A stretch of 64,000 bases of DNA, taken from positions 1 to 64,000 of the forward strand of contig MU619397.1 of the NCBI GenBank assembly GCA_025201805.1, in the 5' to 3' direction. Source of the DNA: Parasitella parasitica NRRL 2501 (taxonomy: Eukaryota > Fungi > Mucoromycota). Under the pieces are notes generated by a model. The model ran no database searches. It saw nothing but the letters and a program-made list of their open reading frames with translations, and was not told where the DNA came from. How positions within the stretch are numbered: position 1 is the first letter of the stretch; the number at the start of each line of letters is the position of its first letter. Shown piece by piece: positions 29,901-42,062 of the stretch. The position numbers were made by a program, and so were the translations under genes.

Positions 29901-30054
29901 GTTTGAGTCGATTGGGAAAGCATGGAAACCGCTCTGGTTTGACATGTTGCCAGATCAGTATTCACCGACAGGAGAATCATGGCAGTATAAAGGTGGCTAT
30001 TGGGAGGCAAGAGAAGCAGGCCAGTGGCCAAAAGAAATGCTGCAATTGTGGTGA
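26989..30054 (+). CDS. OSH3: Oxysterol-binding protein homolog with GOLD, PH and ORD domains
   Basis: GOLD (WTFST..GNYVLIF-DNMFSRNTSK), PH (GWLLKKRRKRMQG-WAKRWF) and ORD (GKDLSTISMP, KPFNPL, AEKVSHYP, TDTRCRPDQR). One intron needs a GC donor at 27785. Confidence 0.93.
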
Positions 30055-31184
30055 AACGTGTTTTGGGTTTTCTTAGTCCATCGCTGTCTAGCACATGTCG
30101 ATTTGTTTAATAAAATGCAATTACTGGGTTGTGAATAGATATTTGGGTATTTTATTTGTTACACATCGTTCTTCGTTCAGGCTAAATGAGCAATATTTGA
30201 CAGACCCCTATTTGAAACGAACATGCAAATTGGAATAGTTGTAGCCACAGAAAATATTCGATCACGTTAAGTGAATAGTAGAGTAAGGGGTCTGATAACA
30301 GCATATTGTAGTTTAAATTGATAGGCAAAGAACATTCCAAAGTTACCAAATGAACAAACAGTTTAACACAGTATACTATAAGAACATTGCGTTCAAAATA
30401 TGCCATGAAGTATATAAAAAGCGATAAGCAGTGTTGTGAGGGCTCGATAACGGGCTGTAAAATTACCTGTGCTTTAGATATAATACACTTATTCAGTTAT
30501 CATGGGTTCCTTCACGTCAAGTAGTCATTATAATTAATACTACTTGTATGGTGAACAGGACAGAGAATAAAACGGAAAAATAAACTCTAGGAGATAAAAT
30601 TTTTATTGATATTCCATGTGATTTGATACTTATATGTCGCTTGCTTTGTTTGCTTGTTTACTTGATCGCTCACAACAGCAGGATACCGTCAAAGTGTGTT
30701 GTCTATAGACTTGCATAGTAGAAATCAATATCTATTTCAATTATGCCCTATTATTATTGTTAAAATTAAAATGGTTGTTTATTTTATAATTTAAAATTGA
30801 TACTTCTCAATTATTGTAAGTGGTGCCCAGTAGATGCAGGCGCTGTCGAACTCTGGGGGGGGGGGAGATTGCAAGTGAGAAATCAAAAAAAAAGAAGGGG
30901 ATTGGATTTATAAAAAAGATTGGCAGTGAAAAAATCAGACGAACTCATGAGACTACTGCTATACGGACCTTTGCAACCATTTTTTCACTTGAATTTATAT
31001 AATATGGACCTTATTTACTATCAACCTTTTGTCGATAATTATATGTATGATGAGAGCGATGACAATGTCAAAAAGTGCAAATGGTTGATGCCGTAGCAAA
31101 TCTCACTGAAGAAATGGAATTCGTATCAATAAATCAATCAAGGGAATACCATCATTTTGCAGTTTCTAAAAAAAAAGTTCCAGC

Positions 31185-32837
31185 AAATGATAAAAGTCAT
31201 GGTGATTGTAATAATATATATTAGGGTTTCTGGTAACAAAGCTGTTATTTCTGATAAAAGCTGAGAAGCTTCTGAGAGAGGAGAAATGTCTCCCTAAGAA
31301 TATTTCAAGTAGGACTAGAAGTATTAAATGCAATCACATTTTTAGTTTAAAAATGCCCAAGAAAACATTTTGTAATGATATGCGAAATTGCGACGCCTTA
31401 ATTATTTTATTTTTGATCAAACAGCCATTGTGCAGGAGCAATAGGTATTTTGAAATGAATGACCATTTGGGTTTTTTATCATCCCATTTTTCAATACAAT
31501 GAGAATTCTTTATCAACACTTTCGACATATACTTCAGAGCCTGAAACTGAACAATCACCAACGGGCCACAAAACAAAATTGTTTGAATTCCATAATGTTT
31601 AAATGTTGATATATTACTTCAGATATAGCCGTTAGATATTGGACATCTAAATAAGCTCAAATATTTAGACAAGTCTATAGAACTTCAAAGGTATTTAAAC
31701 TAAATTGCAAACCCATCAAAGTATCAAAGTATCAAAGTGCATATACTAGGAAGGCATTAAGTTGTACGTATCCGTCAAATTATGGCATTTACGGTGCTTC
31801 CACTCTCAATTTACTGAATTTTTGAAAAGACTGCCCACTATTTTGAAAAAAATTGCCCACTTGTGCGAGGCTAAATTGCCCATAAAAGTGAGACTAATTT
31901 GACCAAGTGTTTGAAGCTAGTTTGACCAGCTTCTTGACAAATATTTTAACCAAATTTTTGATATTATATTATATGAGCTCTGTAGCAGCTCTTTACCCTT
32001 CAATCGATTATTATACGGCTGAGGTTACTTTTTATTTGTAAAATGATTTGACAAGCAGTGTCAGTTCATTGCAATCAGAATCATGGAATCACAGGAATCC
32101 TTACATTTTTCACTCTCATTTACTCAAATAAACTCTAGATATCTGATTGAGTTCGTCAATAGAGCCAAAGACTCTTCTTTCGTTTTCAAATACTACGAAT
32201 TTTGAGCAGACATTAACAAAGATACTTCTAGCACCTTCAATGTGCAATCTATTAGTGCATGATTATCTATCAGCTAGCCGCAGTTAATAATTATAATGGT
32301 ATATATAGACGATGATTTAACAGTTAGCAATTCTTTATTAATATGAGCACACTTTTTAGAAATAAGTAAATCGCTTTTCTTATTTTGCTATTGTAACTGA
32401 ATTGTGGATTGTTGACGTTGCTGATGTTGTTGTGCCTGTTGATGCTGTTGTGCTTGTTGTTGTACCTGTCTTTTGAGATAAACTTCTTTCATGAAATCAT
32501 TTATTTGCTTCGTTGAACGTATTCTTTAGCGTTTTGTAATTCTTATATCTGGTGAAGTAACCGTCGGCCAACCCATTCTCGTAGCATACTTTCCAGTTCA
32601 TCTGTTTGTGGGTTTTTAGATATTCAATCTTGAATTCTCTGGCATACGTCATGTCATCAAGTGGTTCAGGTGGTATTGTTTGTAAAATGTCAATGTGGTT
32701 CCTTTCTTTTGGCGGTTCAACATTCGGTGGCAGATCCGATGGCGTTGGCATTTCGTCAGAATCAGTGCTGTATTGCCACCGGTACTTATGTAGACATGTC
32801 TCCGTGTACAAAACGCCTGCACTTGCTAGATTTCGGA
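31185..32837. repeat. Left arm of a 1653-bp near-perfect inverted repeat
   Basis: Reverse complement of 33661-35313 (paired coordinates sum to 66498). Identical mirrored ORFs appear in the track. The only mismatches seen on spot-checking are 31204/35294 and 31210/35288. Confidence 0.95.
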
Positions 32838-34001
32838 TTAGTTGGTATGTATAGCTGTAAACTATTGTTGAGTTTCCTACTGATGTTGTTAATTTATATA
32901 GGCCAGCATGCAGTTGATAACTACAAAGTCCAAAGTGGAGAATGGCTGGACGGAAAACGCGTGGATATTCTTCTAATTCCTATCACTACCATCTCTGAAT
33001 CATTACCGCCTGTCCTAATCGAAATACAAAACATTGTCGACAAAGCTTATATACACAGATTGAATCAATATTGCAGTAATATTTATGATGAATACTGTAA
33101 TATAGAGCCGGTTGTTCTCACGATTTGTATCAAAAACACGCGGGCAGAACTATGCAAAAGGTTTTCTTGTAGCTCTAAAGCTCCATATTTAAAACGGCTG
33201 CCAAGTGACTTTTGGGCAAAGGAACACTTAATCATGACCCCTACAACTGTTACAGATTATCTTGATACTCATAGTAATCACAATGGCCCAAATACCAACG
33301 ACCCAAATACCAACGACCCAAATAGCATTGACCCAAATAGCATCGATCCAAGTAGCAACGACCCAAATAGCATTGACCCTAGTAGCAACAACAGTAGCAT
33401 AAATAATGCTGAACCACTTCCTCCTTTGCTCGCGCTAGGTTATGTATTTATGGAACAAAAATGCTCTTTATTCGGATTGCAGTACAAGGAAGATCCGACC
33501 GTGATACTACTTTACAGAATTGCTAAAGAAGCCCTGGATCATCATCTTCAAGACCATCAATCTACTGTCGATAGCTTGGTGGATGTCACTAAAGAGACTC
33601 AAAAGCAGTTCAGAAGAATCCTTGAAGCAACAAACGAAAATGAACCAAACTTGAAAAGAGTCCGAAATCTAGCAAGTGCAGGCGTTTTGTACACGGAGAC
33701 ATGTCTACATAAGTACCGGTGGCAATACAGCACTGATTCTGACGAAATGCCAACGCCATCGGATCTGCCACCGAATGTTGAACCGCCAAAAGAAAGGAAC
33801 CACATTGACATTTTACAAACAATACCACCTGAACCACTTGATGACATGACGTATGCCAGAGAATTCAAGATTGAATATCTAAAAACCCACAAACAGATGA
33901 ACTGGAAAGTATGCTACGAGAATGGGTTGGCCGACGGTTACTTCACCAGATATAAGAATTACAAAACGCTAAAGAATACGTTCAACGAAGCAAATAAATG
34001 A
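32838..34001 (+). CDS. PD-(D/E)XK (restriction-endonuclease fold) nuclease-like protein; native 5' end replaced by the inverted arm
   Basis: EWLDGKRVDILL...PPVLIEIQ...RLNQY resembles the Rpn/PDDEXK D...ExQ core. A GT-AG intron at 32845-32901 is preceded by only 7 unique nt. The frame is open to TGA at 34001. Confidence 0.7.
   Translation, partial: LVGMYSCKLLLSFLLMLLIYIGQHAVDNYKVQSGEWLDGKRVDILLIPITTISESLPPVLIEIQNIVDKAYIHRLNQYCSNIYDEYCNIEPVVLTICIKNTRAELCKRFSCSSKAPYLKRLPSDFWAKEHLIMTPTTVTDYLDTHSNHNGPNTNDPNTNDPNSIDPNSIDPSSNDPNSIDPSSNNSSINNAEPLPPLLALGYVFMEQKCSLFGLQYKEDPTVILLYRIAKEALDHHLQDHQSTVDSLVDVTKETQKQFRRILEATNENEPNLKRVRNLASAGVLYTETCLHKYRWQYSTDSDEMPTPSDLPPNVEPPKERNHIDILQTIPPEPLDDMTYAREFKIEYLKTHKQMNWKVCYENGLADGYFTRYKNYKTLKNTFNEANK
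33285..33389 (+). repeat. 7 x 15-bp coding tandem repeat (GPNTN/DPNTN/DPNSI/DPSSN)
   Basis: Units GACCCAAATACCAAC, GACCCAAATAGCATT and GATCCAAGTAGCAAC read directly. Confidence 0.95.
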
Positions 34002-35313
34002 TTTCATGAAAGAAGTTTATCTCAAAAGACAGGTACAACAACAAGCACAACAGCATCAACAGGCACAACAACATCAGCAACGTCAACAATCCACAATTCA
34101 GTTACAATAGCAAAATAAGAAAAGCGATTTACTTATTTCTAAAAAGTGTGCTCATATTAATAAAGAATTGCTAACTGTTAAATCATCGTCTATATATACC
34201 ATTATAATTATTAACTGCGGCTAGCTGATAGATAATCATGCACTAATAGATTGCACATTGAAGGTGCTAGAAGTATCTTTGTTAATGTCTGCTCAAAATT
34301 CGTAGTATTTGAAAACGAAAGAAGAGTCTTTGGCTCTATTGACGAACTCAATCAGATATCTAGAGTTTATTTGAGTAAATGAGAGTGAAAAATGTAAGGA
34401 TTCCTGTGATTCCATGATTCTGATTGCAATGAACTGACACTGCTTGTCAAATCATTTTACAAATAAAAAGTAACCTCAGCCGTATAATAATCGATTGAAG
34501 GGTAAAGAGCTGCTACAGAGCTCATATAATATAATATCAAAAATTTGGTTAAAATATTTGTCAAGAAGCTGGTCAAACTAGCTTCAAACACTTGGTCAAA
34601 TTAGTCTCACTTTTATGGGCAATTTAGCCTCGCACAAGTGGGCAATTTTTTTCAAAATAGTGGGCAGTCTTTTCAAAAATTCAGTAAATTGAGAGTGGAA
34701 GCACCGTAAATGCCATAATTTGACGGATACGTACAACTTAATGCCTTCCTAGTATATGCACTTTGATACTTTGATACTTTGATGGGTTTGCAATTTAGTT
34801 TAAATACCTTTGAAGTTCTATAGACTTGTCTAAATATTTGAGCTTATTTAGATGTCCAATATCTAACGGCTATATCTGAAGTAATATATCAACATTTAAA
34901 CATTATGGAATTCAAACAATTTTGTTTTGTGGCCCGTTGGTGATTGTTCAGTTTCAGGCTCTGAAGTATATGTCGAAAGTGTTGATAAAGAATTCTCATT
35001 GTATTGAAAAATGGGATGATAAAAAACCCAAATGGTCATTCATTTCAAAATACCTATTGCTCCTGCACAATGGCTGTTTGATCAAAAATAAAATAATTAA
35101 GGCGTCGCAATTTCGCATATCATTACAAAATGTTTTCTTGGGCATTTTTAAACTAAAAATGTGATTGCATTTAATACTTCTAGTCCTACTTGAAATATTC
35201 TTAGGGAGACATTTCTCCTCTCTCAGAAGCTTCTCAGCTTTTATCAGAAATAACAGCTTTGTTACCAGAAACCCTAATATATATTATCACAATTACCATG
35301 ACTTTTATCATTT
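33661..35313. repeat. Right arm of the 1653-bp inverted repeat
   Basis: Mirror of 31185-32837, separated by an 823-bp unique spacer (32838-33660). Confidence 0.95.
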
Positions 35314-35611
35314 TGTTTGAAGCTTTTTTCAGGGATCATAAAAAGACTGTACGTTCAGATAGGGTCTATCAATAATTGTTCATATTTTCTCAATAGACTA
35401 ATAATTTTTTTCTTATTTAGGAAAAGGCATGGGGATGACCGTTTAGGTTAGATAGCTGAACGAAAAAACCGATGTCTTTTATAAATAAATGAGTTTCTCA
35501 AAACCCAGAACTATAAAACCAAGACAGTGACAGGATTCCTTGCAATGAGCGGAATAATATTGTTTAATCACTGGTTTCCCCACACATATCACACTTTTGT
35601 ATACTTGGTGA

Positions 35612-37226
35612 ATGACCCCAAAAGAAGAGAAACAGTTTATAGGAGCAGTAGACCAAGGCACAACTTCATCGAGGTTTTTGATATTTGACCAGCAAGGCAA
35701 CTTGATAACATTTCATCAGGTTGAGCTGCCACAATCACAGCCGCATGCTGGGTATTTCAACGCACAAAATTTTTGTTGTCTTAATTCTTATTGACTTGCC
35801 ATGAATTAGTTGGCTAGAGCATGATCCCATGGATATTCTCAATACAGTTTTAGCATGCATCCACGAAACAATTAAGCGATTCGAGTTGATGGGATACAGC
35901 GTAGAGGACATCAAAGGCATTGGTATAACCAACCAAAGAGAATCCGCTGTATGCTGGAACAAGTCAACTGGAGAACCTTTGAGAAACACCATCGTATGGA
36001 GTGATGTGAGAACAGACGATATCGTGCACCAACTAAAGAAACGTGACAATGCACACATTGTTCTAGAGATTTCAGGTCTTGATATTACATCCTATTTTAC
36101 AGCCGTCAAATTTCGATGGATGCTGGATCATGACGAGGGCGTAAAAAAGGCAGTGAGGGAAGGAAATGCTTGCTTTGGCACTGTGGATAGCTGGCTTATT
36201 TATAAATTAAGTGGTGGAGAAGCCCACGTTACTGATGTGACTAATGCCAGCAGAACGCTGCTCATGAATCTCAAGACGCTCGAGTGGGACCAAGATCTCT
36301 TGAAGTTTTTCGATATCCCAAGAGAATTGCTGCCTACTGTATGCTCTTCATCTGAAATCTATGGTACCATTGCATTCAAGGGCTCCCCTTTGGCAGGAAT
36401 TCCCATCTCTGGCTGTCTGGGTGACCAACAGGCTGCATTATTAGGCCAGAAATGCTTTAGAGAAGGTGAAGCCAAATGCACCTTTGGCACTGGTGCTTTC
36501 ATGCTTTTTAACACTGGCCAAAAAGCTGTCAAATCAACGCATGGACTAATCACAACCATAGCTTTTCAGCTTGGAAAGGATGCCAAGGCGACTTATGCTC
36601 TAGAAGGATCCATGGCTGTTGCTGGATCTTCGCTTCGCTGGCTGCGCGACAACCTGAAGCTGATCAATTCAATGGAGCAAGTCAGCGATCTGGCCGAGCA
36701 TGTCCCTGATACTGGTGGTGTTTATTTTGTCACTGCATTTTCTGGGCTATTTGCGCCTTACTGGAGAGACGATGCACGAGGCACCATGGTAGGCCTTACT
36801 AGTTATACAAACAAGTACCATTTGGCTCGAGCAACGCTGGAATCCATGTCGTTTCAAACACGGGCCATTTTGGAAGCCATGAATCAAGACGCAGGCGTCC
36901 CGTTAAAGGTTCTTAAAGTAGATGGAGGTGTATCTAACTCCAACGTTGCTATGCAGATCCAGGCGGATATTTTAGGCCTTGAAGTGGATCGACCCTCTAT
37001 GCGAGAAACTACCGCATTTGGCACAGCTATTGCAGCAGGGTTGGCTGTTGGGGTTTGGAATAGCATCCATGATTTGGATCAAGTCAATAACGAAGACATC
37101 ACATCCTTTACTCCTAATTTGACGTTGCAAGAAAGAGAAGAAAAGTACAAGATATGGAAAAAAGCGGTTGATAGTTCGCTTCACTGGACAGATGATGTGG
37201 ATAGTACAAGTAGTGATGAGGAATAA
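35612..37226 (+). CDS. GUT1: Glycerol kinase
   Basis: AVDQGTTSSRF, GITNQRES, TDVTNASRT, GDQQAA, KCTFGTG, FSGLFAPYW, LKVDGG and RETTA; one intron at about 35752-35809. Confidence 0.96.
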
Positions 37227-37231
37227 ACATA

Positions 37232-37647
37232 TTAAAATGCACGACTTTCTTTTATTGCGTTTCGACGATCTATGGCAAGCCCATTCAACTTAAATTCTTT
37301 CCCTTCATCTTCTCCTGGTGTTTCGAGATACTTCCAGCCTATTTTACTACTGCAAACTGTACAAAAAATCCTGCATAGTTTATAGATTCCACCAAGCAGC
37401 TCTCTAGCTTCTTGCTCTTCTCCTATTCTTATATTAGTGGCCTCCAAAACGAAATAAGTCTGCCAAATCTAAATTGTTTTCAGTTGCATATATCTTGGAA
37501 TTGAACAATAACACAAAGTCAACTTACTAGGTCCGTGTAGGATCTACACAAGATGTCTTTACGATAAAACAGTTCAGAATGGCATGTTGAGCATACATAA
37601 CAAGCATCTTCTTTCTGGGAGTACTCTGGATGTTGTCTTTTGCTCAT
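37232..37647 (-). CDS. Divergent Yippee/Mis18-family zinc-binding protein
   Basis: Exon 1 carries YVCSTCHSEL. Exon 2 carries IFCTVCSSKIGWKY..EFK, giving the yippee CxxC...CxxC-GWKY signature. Confidence 0.75.
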
Positions 37648-37887
37648 ATTATTAAAGGAAACGATAAAAAGAAATTAATGAACAACTGTAGTTTATATGT
37701 ATTTATACACACTTTTGTTCATGCAATTGCCGATCTGAAATTAAGTTCATTGTTATTATTTTAAAGGCATTCTGTAATGAACGTTCTTTATCATGTCAAC
37801 TTTGATAGATAGATATTGATTGAATGAGTCCTTTTATTATAATTGCCTGATGACTAGTACGTGCACGTTTCATCATCATGTTACTTA

Positions 37888-40800
37888 TCATGGAGTGAAA
37901 ATAGATTCCATAGCAGTGACCAATTCACTGATATCCAAAGCATTTGGGTCCCTGTTGATAAAGTTGGTGTACATCATTTCTAGCTGCTCATATTTTACTT
38001 GTTCTTGCTTAGTTTGTATTCTTTCGATAAGTTCTGAGCTTTTGAATTTACGAGAGAGGTAGGCAGCTAAAGAAATATGAGAATAAATGTTTGTTTGTAA
38101 ACACAAAATCTAAGTTACATACCTCTGTCGAGAGTATGGGCTGGTAGGCCTGCAATACTTGCACACCAAATACCATGGGATTGAGTGTCCCCGCCACCGG
38201 GAACAATACGATACAGAAACACTACCTGATGCTCTTTATGAAGAGCAGATGATTCTGAAGACATGTCTTTACTGTTATTGTGAATATTGACACTGGAGTC
38301 TCCAGCTTGAATGTCCTGGCTCATGATTTCAGTTTGAGACAATGTTATGCCGTCTTGAGCTGTAAGAATGTTCTTGCAAACTAAATCTTGACGCAAAAAA
38401 GTCAAATTTGATGGAGGTGGGTCATTGCAGCTCTTTGTGTTGATTTTTACCATGAAAATGGGTGCTAGCTATAATCTTGGGGCATTGGGTCCCTTTGGAG
38501 AGAAGATAACCTATAACAGAGCAGAACAAGGCTGAGCCATCTGAAATATCAGTTCCCTGGAGATTCTATGTAAATAATGTGGCGATGCAAATGTAGTTGC
38601 ATAATATTATGTACATGCCTTGCCAAATTCATTAATGATGACCAAGCTTTGACATGTTGCATTTTGTAAGGCACGATTGATCTGCTGTAGGTCAAACGCA
38701 AATGCACTTTGAGGCTAAATCGATAGGTGTCAGATATCATAATCAGATCCAACGAAACAGAGGTGGAGTATACTGAATTCCCACCTTCAGCACTGTTTCT
38801 GAAGTCTGGATTCGAGTGAATATTTTGTCTGTGATACCAATGGTGGCCCTTTCCACAGGAACAAAGCTACAAAGACACACGTTGTCATTGTTTGTCTCAA
38901 TTCAAAAACATGTATACATTTACAACATTCTATATACCTTCCTATATGAGCCATGTAGACAATGAGTCCAACCTGTTTCAAGTAGATACTTTTACCAGAG
39001 AAATTGGCTCCCGTAACTATTTGAATGCTATTAGTGTCACCATTCATTGTATTGTTTCTGAATGATGAGTCGTTTTTAAACGAGACAACCGTATTTCTCA
39101 AGCTGTCAAACGCGCTAGAGCGGGTAGTATGTGGGCGGTGATTGTTAAATCCTTGGCCACCTTTGAGATGTGTATGGTTTGGAATAAAAATGTCAACTGA
39201 TAACTCTTGCAACGGGTGTCTATTATATAAATCAAAGTCCATAGGCCCTTTACGTAGTCAATTCAATGCAAATATGTACCTTCCTTTTATAATGTCGAGC
39301 GAGTTATCGAGGGTTAGGTTGGGCTTAACATAGTTGAACCGCATTGCCGCTACAGCCAAAGAAAGTATGCTTGATACAAATTAGTTGTTGCATACAAATG
39401 CTGTTCGTACTCTGGAATCATTATACCAGTCAAGCTCTGACAAGGCATCGGATATATCTAGAAACTGCGTATTGTATTTTAACACTGAAACTGCCAATTC
39501 TTGTACAATCTCTATTTCTCTATCAGCAATCATAGCATGTAAATCACCCAAAGTCGCGTCAAGTTCTAAGGGTGGGTGAGCGTATACCCAATGATGATTG
39601 CACATTTGTCCAATATTTGTACCTTTTGTTTGGTCATTTTTGTAATACAGGTTATCTGCGGTAGAGAACTATGTGTTACAAGTTGAATGTGAATAGCGGT
39701 TAAGGAAAAAAGTCGAAGCAGAAAGATATAAATGTGTTAACCTGTAGTTCAAATCCAGGCAGGTTGCGTTGATAATACTCGGTGATGTTGCTATTGCCAC
39801 AATAACTACTGCCAGCACTGCTCTTGCCAGAGTTGCGCTGCAAATGGTATTGAGGCAAGGTAACCAGATAGCCTAGTTGAGGAAAATACACTACATTCAA
39901 CGCAGCACTTAAACCGACAGGCAATACAGACCCGATTTCTTGCGCTACTTGCAACTGCATTTACAGGATCATGAGTAGGGGCAGAGAATATTTAACTAGG
40001 TTTTTTTTTACCAAGGTATCATTTAGCTTGTCGTATTTTTCTCGCAGGACATCCAATTCACTGTCGACTCCCTGCTTGACTACAACTTGGGCTCCCGCTT
40101 TGCTAGCTCCAAAATCAATCTAATTGCTTTAAATCTCGGTTCCATACGACATGTAACATCAATACATACGACATTATCAACTATGGACCCTACTTGTTGC
40201 ATTTTGTTTGCAACTGGTGCCAATTTCTTGAACTTTTGGATCAAAGAAATCGTAGCGTGTGAGCTGCTGATGGTCGGCCTAAGCGCACTAAAGATGCAAA
40301 TGGTGTAATATGCAAACTATATACGGAAATATAGACATCAGTCTTGTATTTCATTCGTTTATATCGCACAGAAACTGCAGAGATACTTTTAGAATGTACT
40401 GCCAGTCATTAACTTTTGCTTTACTCTCTTGCACTCTTCCTAGAAGCCGATTGATATTCTTGATATGGGAAAGGTGCGCCCTCAAAGCAACGCAGGTATC
40501 ATGCATGTCAGATGTCATGAATAAGCTGATAGACAAGTACCGATCTTCTAATGTCTGTCTATCCCGAAGCGGACGAGATACCCACTCTCTCAGTAGCTGT
40601 TTTCCTGGTGCACTTGTCGTTTTATCTAAAAGGCCTAGGCAGTCAATATTAGCGTAAGCGAATGATGATCACTGACAGTGTGTTGTGGTACCAAACAATG
40701 ACAGACTTTCTTTTTCTCGTTTTTGATGCATGTTGGGATGCCTTTCCAAATCAAAGATACAAAGCGATCTAGTCATATACGGTTTTTTAGTTTGTTTTTT

Positions 40801-41648
40801 GAGGATCAGAGTCGAGGCATATACTCACTGCATGGTGTCTGAATTGACCTGGACATATCTATCACTGCGTATATTATATAAGACACCAGTTCAGAACTTG
40901 CACAATTTAGATACATGTACCAAGAAAAAACGTTTACAACAGTTGGCTGAATTATATCTGGAGCTATACCAGCCTCTTGTCCTTGCATATCATGCTCTTG
41001 CTGCATTTTTTTCAGATACTTTAGAAGTACCCCAGCACATCCAAGCTTGAGCGCGTCAGAGGTGGTATTATGTTCCGCTGTTTATGACAGGTTTGGTAGT
41101 TTTACTTACAGTTAATTGACACTGACCCAATTCAATGAGTCCCTCCATTTGTAAATAAGCATGTGTTTTAATCCCTTCTTCCTGATCTCTAAAGTAAATA
41201 TGTTGGTTTGCTCTTTGGTCATCCTCATCCCCATCCTCATCATTAAAAGTAGCAATATCTTGTTGCTGATTGACACGATCGATATACCAATTTAGCAATG
41301 TAATGCGGCCTTTGTCAAACAGAAAATCATTCCTTGCTATTTTGACCAATGTAACAGATATCCCATGTTCATTTGTCAAAAATTCAATTAGTTTTTCATT
41401 TGAATGATCTGGTATGATAATGATTTGGGGAGAGATTTGCGCAAGTACTACGTATGTTATTGTGCCGCGTTAAAGCATTGATGCATACACGGGATAAAAG
41501 ACATACTCGTGGCAGTGTATTCAAAACTATCAGATTCAATTGCGTCCTCCATCAAGTGTAACTTTAGGCTTGAGCCTGAATAATAAGAACACCCCAATCT
41601 ACAAAGCTGCAGGCTCTGCTTCCATTGAAGACAAACGATAGCTTCCAT
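37888..41648 (-). CDS. MSH5: Meiotic MutS homolog 5 (multi-exon; start approximate)
   Basis: VVYFPQLGYL, ELDATLGDLHAMIADREIEI, IVTGANFSGKSIYLKQVGLIVYMAHIG, DKIFTRIQT, SLVIINEFGK-GT, STHFH and SHGIWCASIAGLP. Confidence 0.88.
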
Positions 41649-42062
41649 ATACAGTTTAACAAAGAAAGATGAAAAAGGCGTGTCATTTGAAAACATGCCA
41701 TTGTATACCAGTTTTCAGAGCTTATGCGGTCATAGGGCCTTACAAATAATTGTCCAAGTGCCGAGGTTGGCCAATTGTGCATTTACTCGGACGCTGCTTA
41801 AACGCTTCAAAATACAACTTGGACATTCAAGGAGATGTTGACAATTTCGAAATGAGTATGCTCCATCAATAAAATAGCAACAGTAAAGAAGTAGGATCTT
41901 TATTAGATGCAAAAGAATCTACTGTACCTGTCAGTATCACACACAATATAGTCAAACTGTTGCATGCATAAGCAGCGTGCGACAAAACACGGCAGCTCCG
42001 CCAGCGCCATTAAAAGCTCGAATCGTTTCGTTTTGTAATTTTTCATCCTTTCTTCCTTAAAT

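Larger units (their letters stand above)
31792..34706 (+). mobile_element. Rearranged TIR element (copy A) carrying a PD-(D/E)XK nuclease-like gene; end TA|CGGTGCTTCCACTCTCAATTTAC
   Basis: The ~90-bp terminal sequence at 31792-31883 (mirror 34615-34706) aligns with the inverted termini around a second gene copy at 51.0-52.1 kb. It is preceded by TA and has subterminal TGCCCA and TTGACCA repeats. Confidence 0.65.

Noticed and set aside
31334-31576. Identical 80-aa ORFs at 31334-31576 (-) and 34922-35164 (+)
   Set aside because: They mirror each other only because of the inverted duplication; TTG start and no recognisable motif.
32497-32811. 104-aa minus-strand ORF as an independent gene
   Set aside because: It is the duplicated 3' end of the PD-(D/E)XK gene with no ATG start or 5' part.
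33285-33389. Possible CRISPR-like array
   Set aside because: Contiguous 15-bp coding units with no unique spacers; eukaryotic context and no cas genes.
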